DNA of 63,821 nucleotides, the filler included, from Reclinomonas americana ATCC 50394 (taxonomy: Eukaryota), in NCBI GenBank assembly GCA_048213135.1. It is 3 parts of 2 records of this genome, joined end to end, with 100 filler letters (N's around TTAATTAATTAA, not from the genome) between each part and the next. Parts side by side here need not be neighbours in the genome. Positions count along the whole stretch, not along the records: positions 1 to 27,350 come from PS015176.1; 2 more parts are not named here. One strand, given 5' to 3'. Position numbers and translations under genes: made by a program. The notes under the pieces were generated by a model. It ran no database searches. It saw only the letters and a program-made list of their open reading frames with translations, and was not told where the DNA came from. This document shows, one piece after another, positions 1 to 13,700 of this stretch. Each line of letters starts with the position of its first letter. Position 1 is the stretch's first letter.

Positions 1-5
1 TCTCT

Positions 6-166
6 CTTCTGCCTTTGCGCACTCTCTCTCTCTCTCGTGTGCAAGTGTTGACCGCATTCATCTCTCTCGTGTGCAAGTGTTGACCGCATGCATCGATGCC
101 TTGTAAAGAATGAAAGATATGTTTATTTTACTCTCTCATCCTCATGCCTTACCACTTGCATAGCAG
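6..166 (+). repeat. Repeat copy A, inverted relative to 16091-16213, with an internal 32-bp-period tandem duplication
   Basis: ctcgtgtgcaagtgttgaccgcatgcatcgatgccttgtaaagaatg...accacttgcatagcag matches the reverse complement of 16091-16190 with about 1 mismatch in 100 bp. Confidence 0.9.
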
Positions 167-241
167 CAAAGCACGAAACCAAATGAACTTGTGAATAGTG
201 TTGTTTAGACCTCTTGCAACAACATCAACAAGTAGCTTTCA

Positions 242-1656
242 TTATTGAATGGACAGTGACTCTGTTTGCGAGTAGAAGCCGTCGCGTTGCCACATTGGCG
301 TCGCCATTGCGGTCGTCGAGGCCGACATGGCACGTGCCTTTTGCAAGTGCCTCTCAAAGATGCCCACGTCCACCGGGCTCTCCGTCAGTTCACGCTCCCT
401 CTCCGCACGCACTTGCGCCACGGCCTCGTCGACATCCCACGCAAATGGACTGGCAGCGTACAGCATGTAGGCCACGTAGATGCCGGGCGCAATGTCGGTG
501 ACAAACATAATCGCCACCGCGATGGCGCTCTCCACCGTCGGTTCCGGATGACCGTGCACGATGAATACAATCTCCGACGCCACAACGCCTGCCACACTCA
601 GCGACAGCACCAGAATGGCAATGGTGGAGATGCGCTTGATCTGTGCGGCGCTGAGTGACGGGCAGCGCAGTGAAGGAGCACACCGACAGACACACACCTC
701 ACGCAAGTACTTGAGAATGGCGTCCTCGAGCTGCACTTTTTGCTGGAGAATGTCGCGGTTGATGGCCTTTCGCACCACCAAGAAGCCCAGCACGCAAGCC
801 ATGAACACCATCGGCAAGAAGCCAAAGTAATTCGAAATGCCCGTCGTGTCTTCCGACGCGCCCACCGTCAACAGCACCGCCAGCATGACCACGTAGACCC
901 ACAGCGCTGCACGCAAAGGAGACACACACACACAAAGAGAGTAAGCCCACAATGCGCGCGCACTCTCCGATAGGCGAACAGGACCGCACCAAAGCCCACG
1001 ACGAGGAAAAACAGTCGGCGAGTGTAAATGGGCATGAACAATCGTCCGTATCTGATGCACACAACAAAAAACAAAGTTCAGTCTCTCCTCCTCCACTGCA
1101 GCAGTGACGTGAAGCACGCAACGGCACAAACTGCAGCTCCGCGTGCAGTTGCTTCCTGTGAGCGAGTGAGTACATGAGGAGTTATACAGACACTGCACGC
1201 TCTCACACACGCGCACCAGAAGAAGCCGACCAATAAAATGCCAAAGTGTGTGCACAAGAAGGGCACCACCACACACGCCTCTTTCAGCGCCACATTGCGC
1301 TTGTTGAATGCGCCACTGTAGAACACAGAGTACACAATCATGGCCGCTGCGTGTGTGCGTGTGTGCGGATGATGAGTTAGACGATGTGTGTGTGTGTGAG
1401 GGAGAGTGTGTGCGCTCACCTAATGCCGAGCCTGCTTGAATCAACGGGAAGAAGAGAATGGTGCTGTAGTGTGTGCTTCGATGTGGTGGTCTCCGTTGCT
1501 GTCGACACTGGTGTGAGCGCATGCATGTGTGTGTGTGTGAGTGAGTGGAGACGCAACGTAAATGTAGAAGGCAAAGACTGCCATCACGAGAAAGTAGATG
1601 CCATAGCAGATGGCAAGGACCAGCACACTCCAGTGTGTGAGGTCGATCACCGACAT
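242..1656 (-). CDS. Multi-exon ~7-TM membrane protein (GPR137/TOM1-THH1-like topology, tentative)
   Basis: ATG at 1656 (MSVIDLTHWSVLVLAICYGIYF); GT-AG introns; about seven hydrophobic segments ending FVTDIAPGIYVAYMLY; polar tail; TAA at 242. Confidence 0.65.
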
Positions 1657-1742
1657 TGCAACAAAGACGATAGATCAATGATCCAATGACGGAATGAGAG
1701 ACCGGAGGACACATGAGGATTGTTCATTGTGCTTGATGGACG

Positions 1743-4700
1743 TCAGTCGTCTTCGGCAAACACCGCCGAGGAGGCAACCTGAAGAAGAGAGAACTCGTGA
1801 GAAGTGCACAGAAGGCAGTCAGTGATGGCGACCACGGAACCTGATCGGCGTCGATTGCTGCGACATCACAACAAGTCAGTTTAGCGACTCGTTCAACAAA
1901 CACACAGACAAAAGGAAACACGGCAACGCACCCGCCGTGTGCATCATGGCGTACCGGAGCTTGGACTCGAGGACAGCTGCAGCGTAGTGTTGGTGAGGAA
2001 ACACGACAAAAGACACGGTTCACCGTCGTGGACTAAGTGCCTCACACCTTTCGAAGGGTACTTGGCCAGGTCGAGAGTGAAGAAGCACGTGTGCGACGCT
2101 GGCAACGGCATGTCGCCCTCGGCATCAACATCTGTGTGTGGCCATTTGTGTGAGACAGTGGCAAAAAAGCAGCAGGTGCCAGCTGCGAAATACGAAACTT
2201 GCGCCGTATCGTTCGAGTACGTTTAAGCGAAGTCCTTGCGTCGACGGCGACATGCGTGACTGGCCAGACACGAAGCGCAGGAGCAGACAGCGCTCTTCCG
2301 GGGACCACTCGCGCATCATCTCCCAGAACCAGTTAATTACTGGACCGAGACTGGAGTCGGCACTGGACTTGCTCTGCATTGCTCGCCCAGTTTAGACGAG
2401 GCACGCAGCGAACCACAGCACGCGCGCACTGTAATCACAAGCTGCTCACCTTCAGCATGTCAACATCAACGTCAGGTGAGCCGCACAGCGCCACCTCGAG
2501 GCCCTCCGGCGTGCAGTAGTCCACCAGCAGGCGTCGCTCGCCCGTCGACACGGCAAAGAAACCGCGGCGCACGGCTGCCATTTGCGCGTCACACTCGTGG
2601 ATGCGTGCTTGCACCACCAAGTCGATGTAGTCACGCAAGTTGGCCCACGTGACAGGCGTGTTGGCACCGTCGGGGATAAGCTCGACTGTGCTTCCGTCCG
2701 ACAGCGGACACTCGAAATTGCACTCGCCGAGCAACTCTTCCACCGAGGTCGAGTGCGCCATGACAGACTCCGCGTGAGAGCGCAACAGCTCAAGCCAGCG
2801 CGCAACGCATGCGTCAGTGGCCACAACATCGGCTTCAGTCAGCGGCTGACCGAGCTGCATATACCATCAACCCAAAGTGAGCGTCACCGCGGGTACACTC
2901 GAGCACACGACCCAGCACCGTACGAACCAGCGCCTTCCAGAACGACGGTGCCATGTTCAACGGCAGCACTTGCGAGGCCTTTTGAGCGAGACCAAGGAAC
3001 GTGCCAACGCGCTCAAAGTTGCGCATGTCGACAGCAGATGTGCTCGAGGCTCGCAACAAGTAACGATCGCGATACGCACCCGTTTGTGTGCGACCTGCGG
3101 CCGATGATCACATATGAGCACTGGAAGGCGTGACAGCGCTTCCTCAACAACTGTCGCACACACACACATACACACACACACATGCGTACCGTTGGGACAC
3201 AAGCACAGGAGCGGCAACAGGCGCTCGTCCATGAGCTCCATCGTCACTTCCGAAAACAGTTCGCGGGTGAGCCCTCCACCATCCACTCCACCCTCGCCAA
3301 CAAAGTCCACGGAGAACGAGACGAGGCCGGTGGTGCCACCTTGCTTTTCCAGCTGCGCAAACAGCTGCTCAAAGCAAGTGCGGTCTGTTGCCGAGACCGG
3401 AGCAAGCGGATTCTCAGAGATTGCTGCGTACAGCACGCAATCGTACAGTTAGTTGTGTGCCCCACTCGTTCCCCCGATTTCCTCTCGCAGCTCACCGCTT
3501 CGCAGACGCTGCGCGGAGACGCGATTGATCTTGACCTCCGTGTAGGTGATGTCTTCAGCTTGCGTGCTGGTGAACCAGCTGCTCATTGTCTGCGACAGGT
3601 TTTGGCGTCCGATGAGGCGCAATGCACTCTCCATCAGCCGCTCCATGGACGGCACTGGCACAGTGTCGGGCACATTAGCGGCAGAGAAACGAGCCATCGG
3701 TATCACATACAGCCAGATTCTGATGGCCCACAGCGTGGAGATGATCAGGTGCAACCGGTGCATGACGACTCGCTGCGGTACCACCGGCTGCGATGCACAC
3801 AACGCGTCGGGGGCAAGTGAGAAACTTGGCATAATCGATTTGCGCGAGAACAGCAGGGCACGCAAGACCAACCTGACCCGACTGCGTTGGAAAGACGACG
3901 CACACACCGTCGTAGTCTGTGAACAGAGAGCACAGCGCACGCAAGCAGGTCGGAGGCCGGGACAACGGCAGCTGCTCCATCGCCGTCTCCACTGTCTGCC
4001 ACACGGCAGACTCGAATGTGCCAGGCAGTGGCTGTGTGCTGCGCAATCGTTAGAAGAGATGAACAATCAGTGCAGCGAGTGCTTTTGACGTACCACGTGC
4101 GCGCCCACTCCGCGTGTCGCCGATGCAAGACCGCCGCCACTTCACCGACATTGGTCCAGTCCACTGCAGACGACGCAGGTGCCAGTTGCAAATCACGTGC
4201 AATCTCGGTGCCGTAGCACTCGCCGGTGTACGGCAAGCACGGCGTACAGTCGTAAATCGAATCTGTCACGCTGGCAGCACCGAGCAATCGCAGTAGACCA
4301 GGCAAGCGATCCATGGCCATGCGCAGTCGCCGACCTGCATGCACCTCACGAAGATTGGAAAGAATATTCACGTAGCACGAGGACAGCGAGACGCACAGCT
4401 TGGATCCGGCGACTTGCCCATGAGCATGCCGGTCGAGGGTCGCACAAGCAGTGAATCGGCGGGCACGTACAATGCGAACGGCTTGATGTTGAGAGGTCGG
4501 TCGTCGCTGGTGAGTGCCGACTCTGGCACATCAGTAGGTGACAGCCAACGATTCGCATGCGTAGGGATGAGCTTCAGTGTCGCCACCGGACTGTGCCAGG
4601 CACACACCATCAGTACATGCAAAAAGGGACTGTGTGTGCGAGAGGACAACCACGCGTACCCGTGCGCCACAGCCACAACAAACGACGGCAGCCAGCCGAA

Positions 4701-7700
4701 ACAAGTGTCGTTGCCCATTTCGTCGTCCACCTGTCCCAGGAGTTTGGGCTGCCATACGTGGTACAGATCGCCCGGTTCCGGCCCATCCGTAGGGTAAGCG
4801 TCGGCCAGCGCGAGACGGACTGTCAATGCGCGCATTTCAATACTGCTGCCATTGCGATGACGACAACAACAACAACAGAGTACTGCAAGACGACGCAACG
4901 AGTGAGCTTGCGTGCTCGTTCGGCATGGTCGAGAGTTCGCCACTGACGAATGCCGGCAAGCACTGCGTCACGGTCCTTGTCGTCGAATGCATCACACGGG
5001 TCGGTGCTTGCCGCAGCTAGTTCGGCCTCCGACATCTCGGTCCAGCGCTTAACTGCGCAGTTTCAAGTGAGTGAAGGGAGGGTCCCTCCCGCGTCACTTC
5101 CCTGCCGTCACTCACCAGTCGCCAGCAGCTGATAAATGTTGTTTTCTTCGCCCAGCGCGGCCTCCAACAAGGTCTCCGGAGAATGATTGCCAGGTGCAGG
5201 GTCGAAGCGATGATCGATAATGGCGTGTGCACCAGCCGCCAGGAATGCAGCGAGCACCGACCGCGGCAACAACTCCGTGTCCATCTGGCATGTATGAGAA
5301 GGTGAGAGGACCGTCGCGGTGAACGTGTGCGCGCACGCGTTTGGCAATCACGCACATCATTGGCCAGCACCTCCACGAGCCGATGGACAGGTGACTGCCC
5401 GCAGCACATGCTGTGCTGCGTCGGATCTGCGCCCAGTTCCACCATCTCCAACAGCAGATCGCGGTACTTTTCGTCCTCCTCCGGCGTGTGCTCACTATTG
5501 ACCCACTCGTTAAAGACATCGATCAGCGGCAACTCGCGCGTGAGTGTCGGAGTGTTCAGCACACGCTGTGTGTACACTGGAGACAACAAATAATGTGAGC
5601 AGATGGCACTTTGCACACAAAAGGCGGTGCAGCGTACCTGGGTCATTCAGTTCGCGAAGTTGCTGCATTTGCTCCGCAGAATAGGCGATCGCACTGCTCG
5701 TCGTGAACGGATCTCTGTAGGCTCCACCGCCCACAAAGTGCATCTACGTATTGATGCCATTCTCACACTGAGCAAACACAACGCAGACTGACATTCCGAC
5801 TAAACCATGCGTACCATGAGTGTGGGATCCACGCTGGCCGCACACTCCACTCTCAACTGCGCCGGTTGCTCCACGCCTTCTTCAGTTTCGACCACAACGG
5901 CTGCGATGCGCTCACCAGTTCAGCAGAGCCACTTCAATCTCCACCCACAAAGAGAGAGAGAGCAGCAGACCAACAAGGAACACGTCCGCGTCGGGGTTGT
6001 ACAAGTTCACTCTGTTCTCCACGCCGGCTCCGTGGAGAAGCCACACTTGGGACTTTACACCGAGCGTGCTATCTGCAAACGTGATGACGACTGAGATCAG
6101 TGCATGTGTTTGCGCAACAGAGGTGCTTGAATTCATACCATTCGGCTCGAAGAGTGGCTCCAGCGAGACTGAGTAATTGCCAAAGTGTGCGGTGACGCAC
6201 TTGTCACCACACCACACACGACCCTTGCGATCGAGTTCGTACACAAGATCCCTGCCTTGTGAGGTGAGTGCCAAAGAAAACGCCATCCACCTTGTTGGAT
6301 CTGTAACTTCACCTTCGTTCCGTAAGCAGCTCACGCGGTGTTGGCAAGAACGACTCCTCCACGTTCAACCAGCAGATTGTACCGGCAGCGACATCTGACT
6401 GCAAGATAAAGTGCTGGCCATCATAGGAATTTCGCACAACAAACGCTGCATGGACAACACAGTGAAAGCGAGAAGAGTGGTCATCGGAAAAGAAGAGGTA
6501 CGCACGAAGTGATGTGAACGGCACATGCAGTTGTCGACTGGGTGGCAGGTAGCGGAACGACGGACGACGGAATAGCGGGTTGTCGATGCCGAACGAGTGC
6601 ATTCGGAACGTGATGAGATCAGACAGTTGGCGCACAGGCGGATCGGCCAGCACACCCTCCACCACAAAGTCACTGCTGAGCGCTACGCACACTTCGGCAC
6701 GCGCCGTTCGTGTCGCCTGCAGTGTGCGGTGAGAGGAGTTCACCAGACATCGGCATGCATCTCACCACACCTTGGCCAACTCGATCCACATTCTCTCCTC
6801 CGGTGGCGTCGATGAGGAATTCAACAGACACTTGCGATACAACGATGCAGCTGTCAGCGCAAAGCGGTACAGAGGTGCCTTGAGCCACGTCAGCTGCGCA
6901 GGGGTGGGCGGAGGGGGTAAGATATGTGAGCAGGCCGACTGAATATGAACACACACGAGTGGCGGCACAGTTACGCACTCGACGGAAGAACTCCGCTGCA
7001 ACCTCCAGTCGATCCATGAAACACGAAGATAGGATTCGATCGGGACACTTGAACATGTACCCTGCAGTGCGAGCTCAGTCCATCAGCTCACTTTGGAAGC
7101 TTGCACTCTCACGTCGATGAGTGACGCACGTTCTGTGGTAATGAGAACAAACTCGTAGAGTTGCCAGTCGAACTGGCATTGTGCGGCCCCTTTCGCGGTC
7201 GACAAGCAGAGCAGCAGATCAAAGTGCTCCTCCGAATAGAGCAGGTCATCGAGCGCTGCGTCGCCTACTCGACACGACAATGTTAGCTCGAGAAGGAGGC
7301 CGCAGCAATATAATCACACAAACCCGAATCGAGAAGCTCGAGAATCACGCTGCAGGCCAAGAACGACTTGCAACGGTTGTGCACATGCCAGCCCTCTGGC
7401 ACTCTTGTCGATTTTGAAGAATGGTGAGAGTCGATCGCCCGAGGCAAGCAACACAAGTCCACTCACTTGTCGGAGAGCCAACGTGTCGACACTCGCTTCG
7501 AAACAGTCGTGAATGCCCAATTGACCAAATTCTGCACCGCAGCCGGTGTGCCGTAGCGCAAGACACGCTGCACGACGGGCCGCACCGCCTCCGAGTGGCC
7601 TGCAGTACCACCCGTCAGCTTAAGGCAACATGCACTCAATCACAGCACACTCAAGGCACTCGCTCCCACCTGCCAACGTCATCGACTCGTACATCAGTGC

Positions 7701-10700
7701 GGAGAGCAGTGTTTCCATGGTTTCTTCGGTAAGCACACTCTCCGCCGCGCACTGGAGCAGGCGCAGTACGGCGCGACGGGCGTAGCCATGCACAACATCA
7801 CACACATGCTTGTTGACAGCCGCACACTGACCCGATGAGGCCACATAGTCTGCGCGGGTGACATTGAGTCTTGATTGGGCAAAATCATCACCGCAGGGCG
7901 CCTGCCTTGGAAAGACACACGCACCACGCCAATACTTGGACCGCGAGCGCGAGAATGTGCCACCTTCGCACATTTCGTCATTGTTTTCCTGGAGCTCTTC
8001 ACCAAGAGCCACTTTCCAGTCGCCCTACACACACTGATTTGAACTGCGAGCTCACGCATACACGACGACCACTGCGTGCACCAACCAGCAAAGTACGCCA
8101 TCGCTCCGAAGGATTGGAAAAGACACTGCCGACGACAGTCGTTACCGGCTCGTCGTTCACGGCCTCACTGCCACGCACAGACATGAGGTGTTGGTGGCCA
8201 TGAATGCAGACACGCTCATACCTCGGTGGAGGAGCATCTTCGTCTTCACCGCGCTCGACTTCTCCGCCTTCGCCATCGTCATCGTCGCCGCCACCATCCT
8301 CATCTCCGCCACCGCTGCCGTCCTCGTCGGTGCACTGACTGGAGGTGTCGGTGGCGAACTGTGGCTTTTCGGTCGTGATCATGCAGGTGATGTCGATATT
8401 GGCGGCCTCGAAATCGTATTCCAACTCCTCGTCACCATAGTCGGCCTCATCCGGACCCTGTAGCAACGCACCGAGGTCAACACCCGTTCCACTAGCAGCA
8501 AAATGACTTGCCAAAATGACAAAACATCACTGCCCGTGACCACGTCGTAGCAGTCCTGATAGCGCCCTTGGTCGTAGTCGGTGGCAGAGAAGAAAGAGTA
8601 CAAGTCGGAAGCCAACGTAAGCTGGGCAAGGGACGTGCGCACAGTCAGTGTGTGAGAGAGGGAGAAGAAAACGCACGCCAGTGAACCTCGACATAGGTGG
8701 CTGCAGCGTCGCCAAGTCCAGCGGCACTCACGGACGCGAGAAGCTCAGTGAGTGCTTCGTCGCCTTCAGTCGCCGGTTCAAGCGAGTCTTCGTCGACACA
8801 GTAATTTGAGTCCTGCCACTTGGGAAGCGGACTCGGATGCAGTTGCTGCACCACCATGCGCGACGACTTGACAACCTTGCACGCGCGGAGAACAGTGGTC
8901 GTAACCGGACCCTCGAACAGGTCGACTGGTACCGGGTACTGTGCAGGCTGCTTGGCGAGCTCAGCAATCGACTGACACAACGCGTTGGTTTCTGGGCACG
9001 AGCAGTGAGTGAGCGTGCGCGCAGAGAGACATCGATCTGCAATTCGCCACCGCTCACATACCAGCAGCGTGACGTGCCACAACACTGCCGGCGAGGCCAC
9101 CATCCGCCGGTGTCGACAATACAATGTTCGAAACAAAGCGCAACGCACCAACACACAGCAAGGTGCTCCACGTGCTGCTCGCGGCCGAGTCTACTTCTGG
9201 TCGCGAGGAGCGACTCCAGTGCGAGCACACTTGGCTGCAAGCCGCATAAACGCTGCCGAGCTCACTCTCCATCAACCACGTCACCGAGAAGGGTGTCTGT
9301 CATGACTGACCGTGAAAAAAACAAGAGTTGACTGCGCACAACAGAATACGGGAGTGTACGCACCATTTCGGAGAACCGCAGTCGCAGTACCGACTGCGTA
9401 CGTCGTTGCAAATCAGTGCTCAGCAAACTCGCCGTCGCGTCACGATCCAAGTAGGCCAGCAGTACATTGGACGTCGCAGGATCCGCCCTGCTGCGTACCA
9501 CACCGCCAAAGGTCAATTGCATGCCGTCGCCAGCTGCACACGATACAGTCAGGTACGCTGCTCCGTGGCGACGGAACGCACAACACAGTGCACGCAACTG
9601 ATGGCCATCAGTGCCGCACAGCCCAGCAGAATGGCGCGAGGGCAGTCCCCATCGATGTCTGCACCAGTGGACGCACGGGCACCACGGACAATCAGGCCGC
9701 AGAAGTAGCCAACGACCTGGACGACGGTCACATAGGTTCTGTTGATAACATTGTGACAACCGACATTCACAGTGCGCAAAGCACACCTCGGATCGCCAGC
9801 TCTCCCGTTCCATCATGGATCGCAGCACGGCACCGGCTTGCGCGCTGATTGTGCGTGCCAAGTCACCGTCCTTGGCTCGAGCTGTCGTCATGTAAGAGAC
9901 GAGTAGTAGTAGTGGATGAAACGACCAAATTCTGGCGTCTGACCTTCATCATCCTCCGACTCGCCGTCGTCGACTAGGGCCGGCAGGAGACCACAAGCAA
10001 CAAGCTCCAGCAGTGCAGAAGCGATGAGCACTAGCGGAGAGCTGTCGGGCACGCCATCCAGCGCCGGGGCATTGGCAGGCCGGTGCTGACGCACCGACGA
10101 GGCCAGCTCAACAACTATTGCACACAAACACACATAAAACAGAGACTGTGAGAGCTTCCCAGCACGTGCGCGCGTGCACTTTGGGAGATCAAGGAAACGC
10201 ACGATCAAATGACGGCAGCAATCGCTTAAACAAGAAGAGCATTCGGTAGGTGACAGAAGAGCGGGACGCTTCGGCCAACAGTCGACCGCAAATGCCAACT
10301 CTGTCGGCGCCTTGCGTCAGCATCGTAGCCACGTCCTCCTCATCCGCCGCGAACATGGATGACGGGTCCGATAGGAACACAGACGGAGTGACGGCTGGTA
10401 CAGGTGTGGAGGCCGCAGATGGGGCTGCAGGTGCGCCGGCCTGTGTCACTCTGTTTATGAGTACCTCGCGTGCACATTCTGCTCTGCAAGAACAACAATA
10501 ACATCGCACCTCGTCCAGCGCAAAGTGCACAATACAAAACAGAATCGATGCCTTCGACGACGCGCACAAATCAGCGGCGCACACGCTCACAAACAGGCAA
10601 TCCGATTGCACGCAACAGGCACTTGCGCATCGGCCTCAAGTCCACCGAACAGACTGACCGACGTATATGCCACCTTGGCAATCTGCTGCACAAGGACGCT

Positions 10701-13700
10701 GGCTGAAGGCCGGTACCCGCGCATGCGCTTCTTGTTCCTGGTCAGTGGAAGCGCGCGACACAGGAGTACGGCCAGCGTCCGCACAGTGGCGTACACGAGA
10801 CTGTACGCCAGGGCTGCAAAGAAAAAATGCACTTCCGTTCGGTGCGCAGCCAAAAAAGCCGCCATAGAGATGCACAAACCTCGATTGAGCAACGGATGCA
10901 GGGGACGGCTCGAGGCTGCGCTCATGTCCGCAAATGTGCGCTCCACGGCGTGCCACGCCGACTCGGCTCCAACTCCCTGGCACGGACGATCGAGCAGCTC
11001 GGTCAACAGCTGGAAATCCCTTGGTTGCCACTGCACCGACAGCAAGTCCAACAGTCCCCCAGAGAGGCCATTGTGGTGGCCGTATGCGTTCTTGCACCGC
11101 AGTTCATCCCAGAGGGTGGAGACGAGTGCGTGGAAGGTGGCCATGGTAGCAGATTGACTCTCGTCCAACACCACCTGGTAGCAAGCAAAATGAGCACTCA
11201 TCGCCGCTTACAGAATCAATCAATCACGCAGCAGCAGACGCACCTCGTCAGTGTTCGGGCCGAGGTAATGGACACCGGCCAGACTGCGACAGAGCCACAC
11301 ACAGAAGGATGGACGCGTCGCGTGCATACTCGGAATGCTGCTGTCTGTGATAGTGCGATCCAACAGACTGCGCGTGGCCTTTAGCATGAACAGACGGTTT
11401 GCGAGGCGAGTTGAGCGATTCGTCATCACACGCAGAGCGTCGTCGACATTGCCTGTGCCGGCAGGTGATTGGGCGTCACAACAGCGGACAGAGTCAAGAG
11501 CCTCGGAGAGCACCAGTACTCACCCTTGTCTTGCACAAACTCCGTGATGTTGGTGGCGATTTCGTGGCGCAGCGCTTCCAGTTGCGCTGCAGAGTGATTG
11601 GCAAACATGCGTCGCAGCTGTTCCCCATGGTGAGATGGCTCGAGAAGAGGATACAACCAGGTCACGACATGACATGATGCACACCTTGCGCTGCTGCGCC
11701 TGAATCAACGAGGAGTGGTCGCCGAACGGCGCATTGGCGGCCTGCAGCATGCCTCCCATTCAGCAGGTTACTAAATAACATCCGCTTTCACCACAAACTC
11801 ACCGACGTGGCTGGCGTCGCGGTGGCTTGTGCAGCGACCAAAAGCGGATGCAGTTGCAAGTCCAAGAGGAACAGCAATCTGGCAAATGTGCATGTCAACA
11901 CGTACTCCCTTGCGCACACAAAGCACATTGAGTACTGCTTATACCTTTTCTTGATGTCGGCACACACCGCCTGCGTTGCGTCAGCGCTGCACACCGGTGT
12001 GAGACAACTCTAATTGCGCGTACCAAAAAAGGAGGTGACGAACCGAGAGAGATCTCTTTCGCTCGTCAACACGGACTGCTGCATGTGAATCTGGCGTCGC
12101 AGTTGCAAGTCGACGACCACATGAGAATTGAGCGTGAAATCTTCGTGCCAGTGTGCACGACTCACCTGCTCCGCCTTGATCAGGAGGCGCACCAACGCGT
12201 CGTTGGAGATGTCGTGCTGTCGACACGGCTCCATCGAGTCGGTGTGCTTTGCGAGGCAGGCAAAGAGCAGACGCACACACCCGTTCTCTGCGCACGACGC
12301 GAGGTGAGCGCAAACGGAGAATGTCACGATGCTCGCACCCGCCTTGCTTGCGTACCCTCATCACTGCTGCTGCCGCGTACGAGTGGCGGAAGACGATGGC
12401 GATGAGCCTCCGCAAGCCGGGAGTAGAACGCTGGTCGATTCCATGAGCAAGTGACACGAGAGAGAGGCAATGGACAAAGGTCACGTACCTCCGCCATCTC
12501 CCTCTCCCTTGCCGATTTCCACGAGCAACACGTGATCGACATTCATGCTGGTCTCGAGGCTCGACTCAAACAGTCGCCATCTGGCCAACTTACGACCCTC
12601 CGTTGCGGGGGCCAGCGTGCCGCGCAGTGCCTGCAAGGAGCATGCCGGTGAGTGGGCACACACNNNNNNNNNNNNNNNNNNNNNNNNNNNNNNNNNNNNN
12701 NNNNNNNNNNNNNNNNNNNNNNNNNNNNNNNNNNNNNNNNNNNNNNNNNNNNNNNNNNNNNNNNNNNNNNNNNNNNNNNNNNNNNNNNNNNNNNNNNNNN
12801 NNNNNNNNNNNNNNNNNNNNNNNNNNNNNNNNNNNNNACACACTTCACAGACGCACATCATGACTGGCGACCTACCGAAGCCCACGACGCGAGCACCAAC
12901 AGTGAAAGGTCTCGCGCGTGATCGATTGTTGCCATGTCCACAGTCGGTGTGTGGGAGACGGCAGTCATCACGGTCGACGTGAGTTCTACCAGCCGATGCA
13001 GTGCGCGGAAGAATCTGCTTGGCGACTCGTGAGGGACACAGCAGCAGCAACGATGAGGACGAAATACGCACGATGCGTCAGCCGTGGCAACACCGGCATG
13101 CGACAGCAGTGGCATCGAAACGGCCAGGTACTTTCGCATGAAGCACACTGGCGATGAAGCGCGTTGCATGACCCGCGGCAAGTACGTCAGCTGCCTCACA
13201 AAAATGAGGACCAGCGGACGAAAAAAAGGAGAATCGAGGCATTCAACACAAACACGCACCAGCTTGTCTCCAGTGCCCAGCAGCCACTCCAGCTGTGTGG
13301 CGGCGACTCCAGCCACGACGACGAAACTCTCCGTCCAAGTGGCCCACAATGTCGGCAGCGCAATTCGTTCATTTCGAGTGGCCGCCAGCAGACGGGCCAC
13401 ACAACGGGAGAGGTCTTCCAGAAGCAGATCTCGCAGCACAAAGTCCGACTGTGTCACACCAAGAGTCGTCGTGAATGAGCAAGTGCGGTGACAGGCTTTC
13501 GCATCTTCATGCACGGCCCCATTACCTCTGCTTCAGACGGTTCGTCACCCTCACCGGGGCGGCGTCCAAGTTCCTTCTCTGACTCATTGTCGGCGTTCTC
13601 CATGAACAGCCGGTGACAGGCCTCGATGATGGTTGCCGTGTATTGCGCGCCCAGCTGTGGCGTCTCCAACAACGCGTCTCGCACCTTCTCCGCAAGCAGG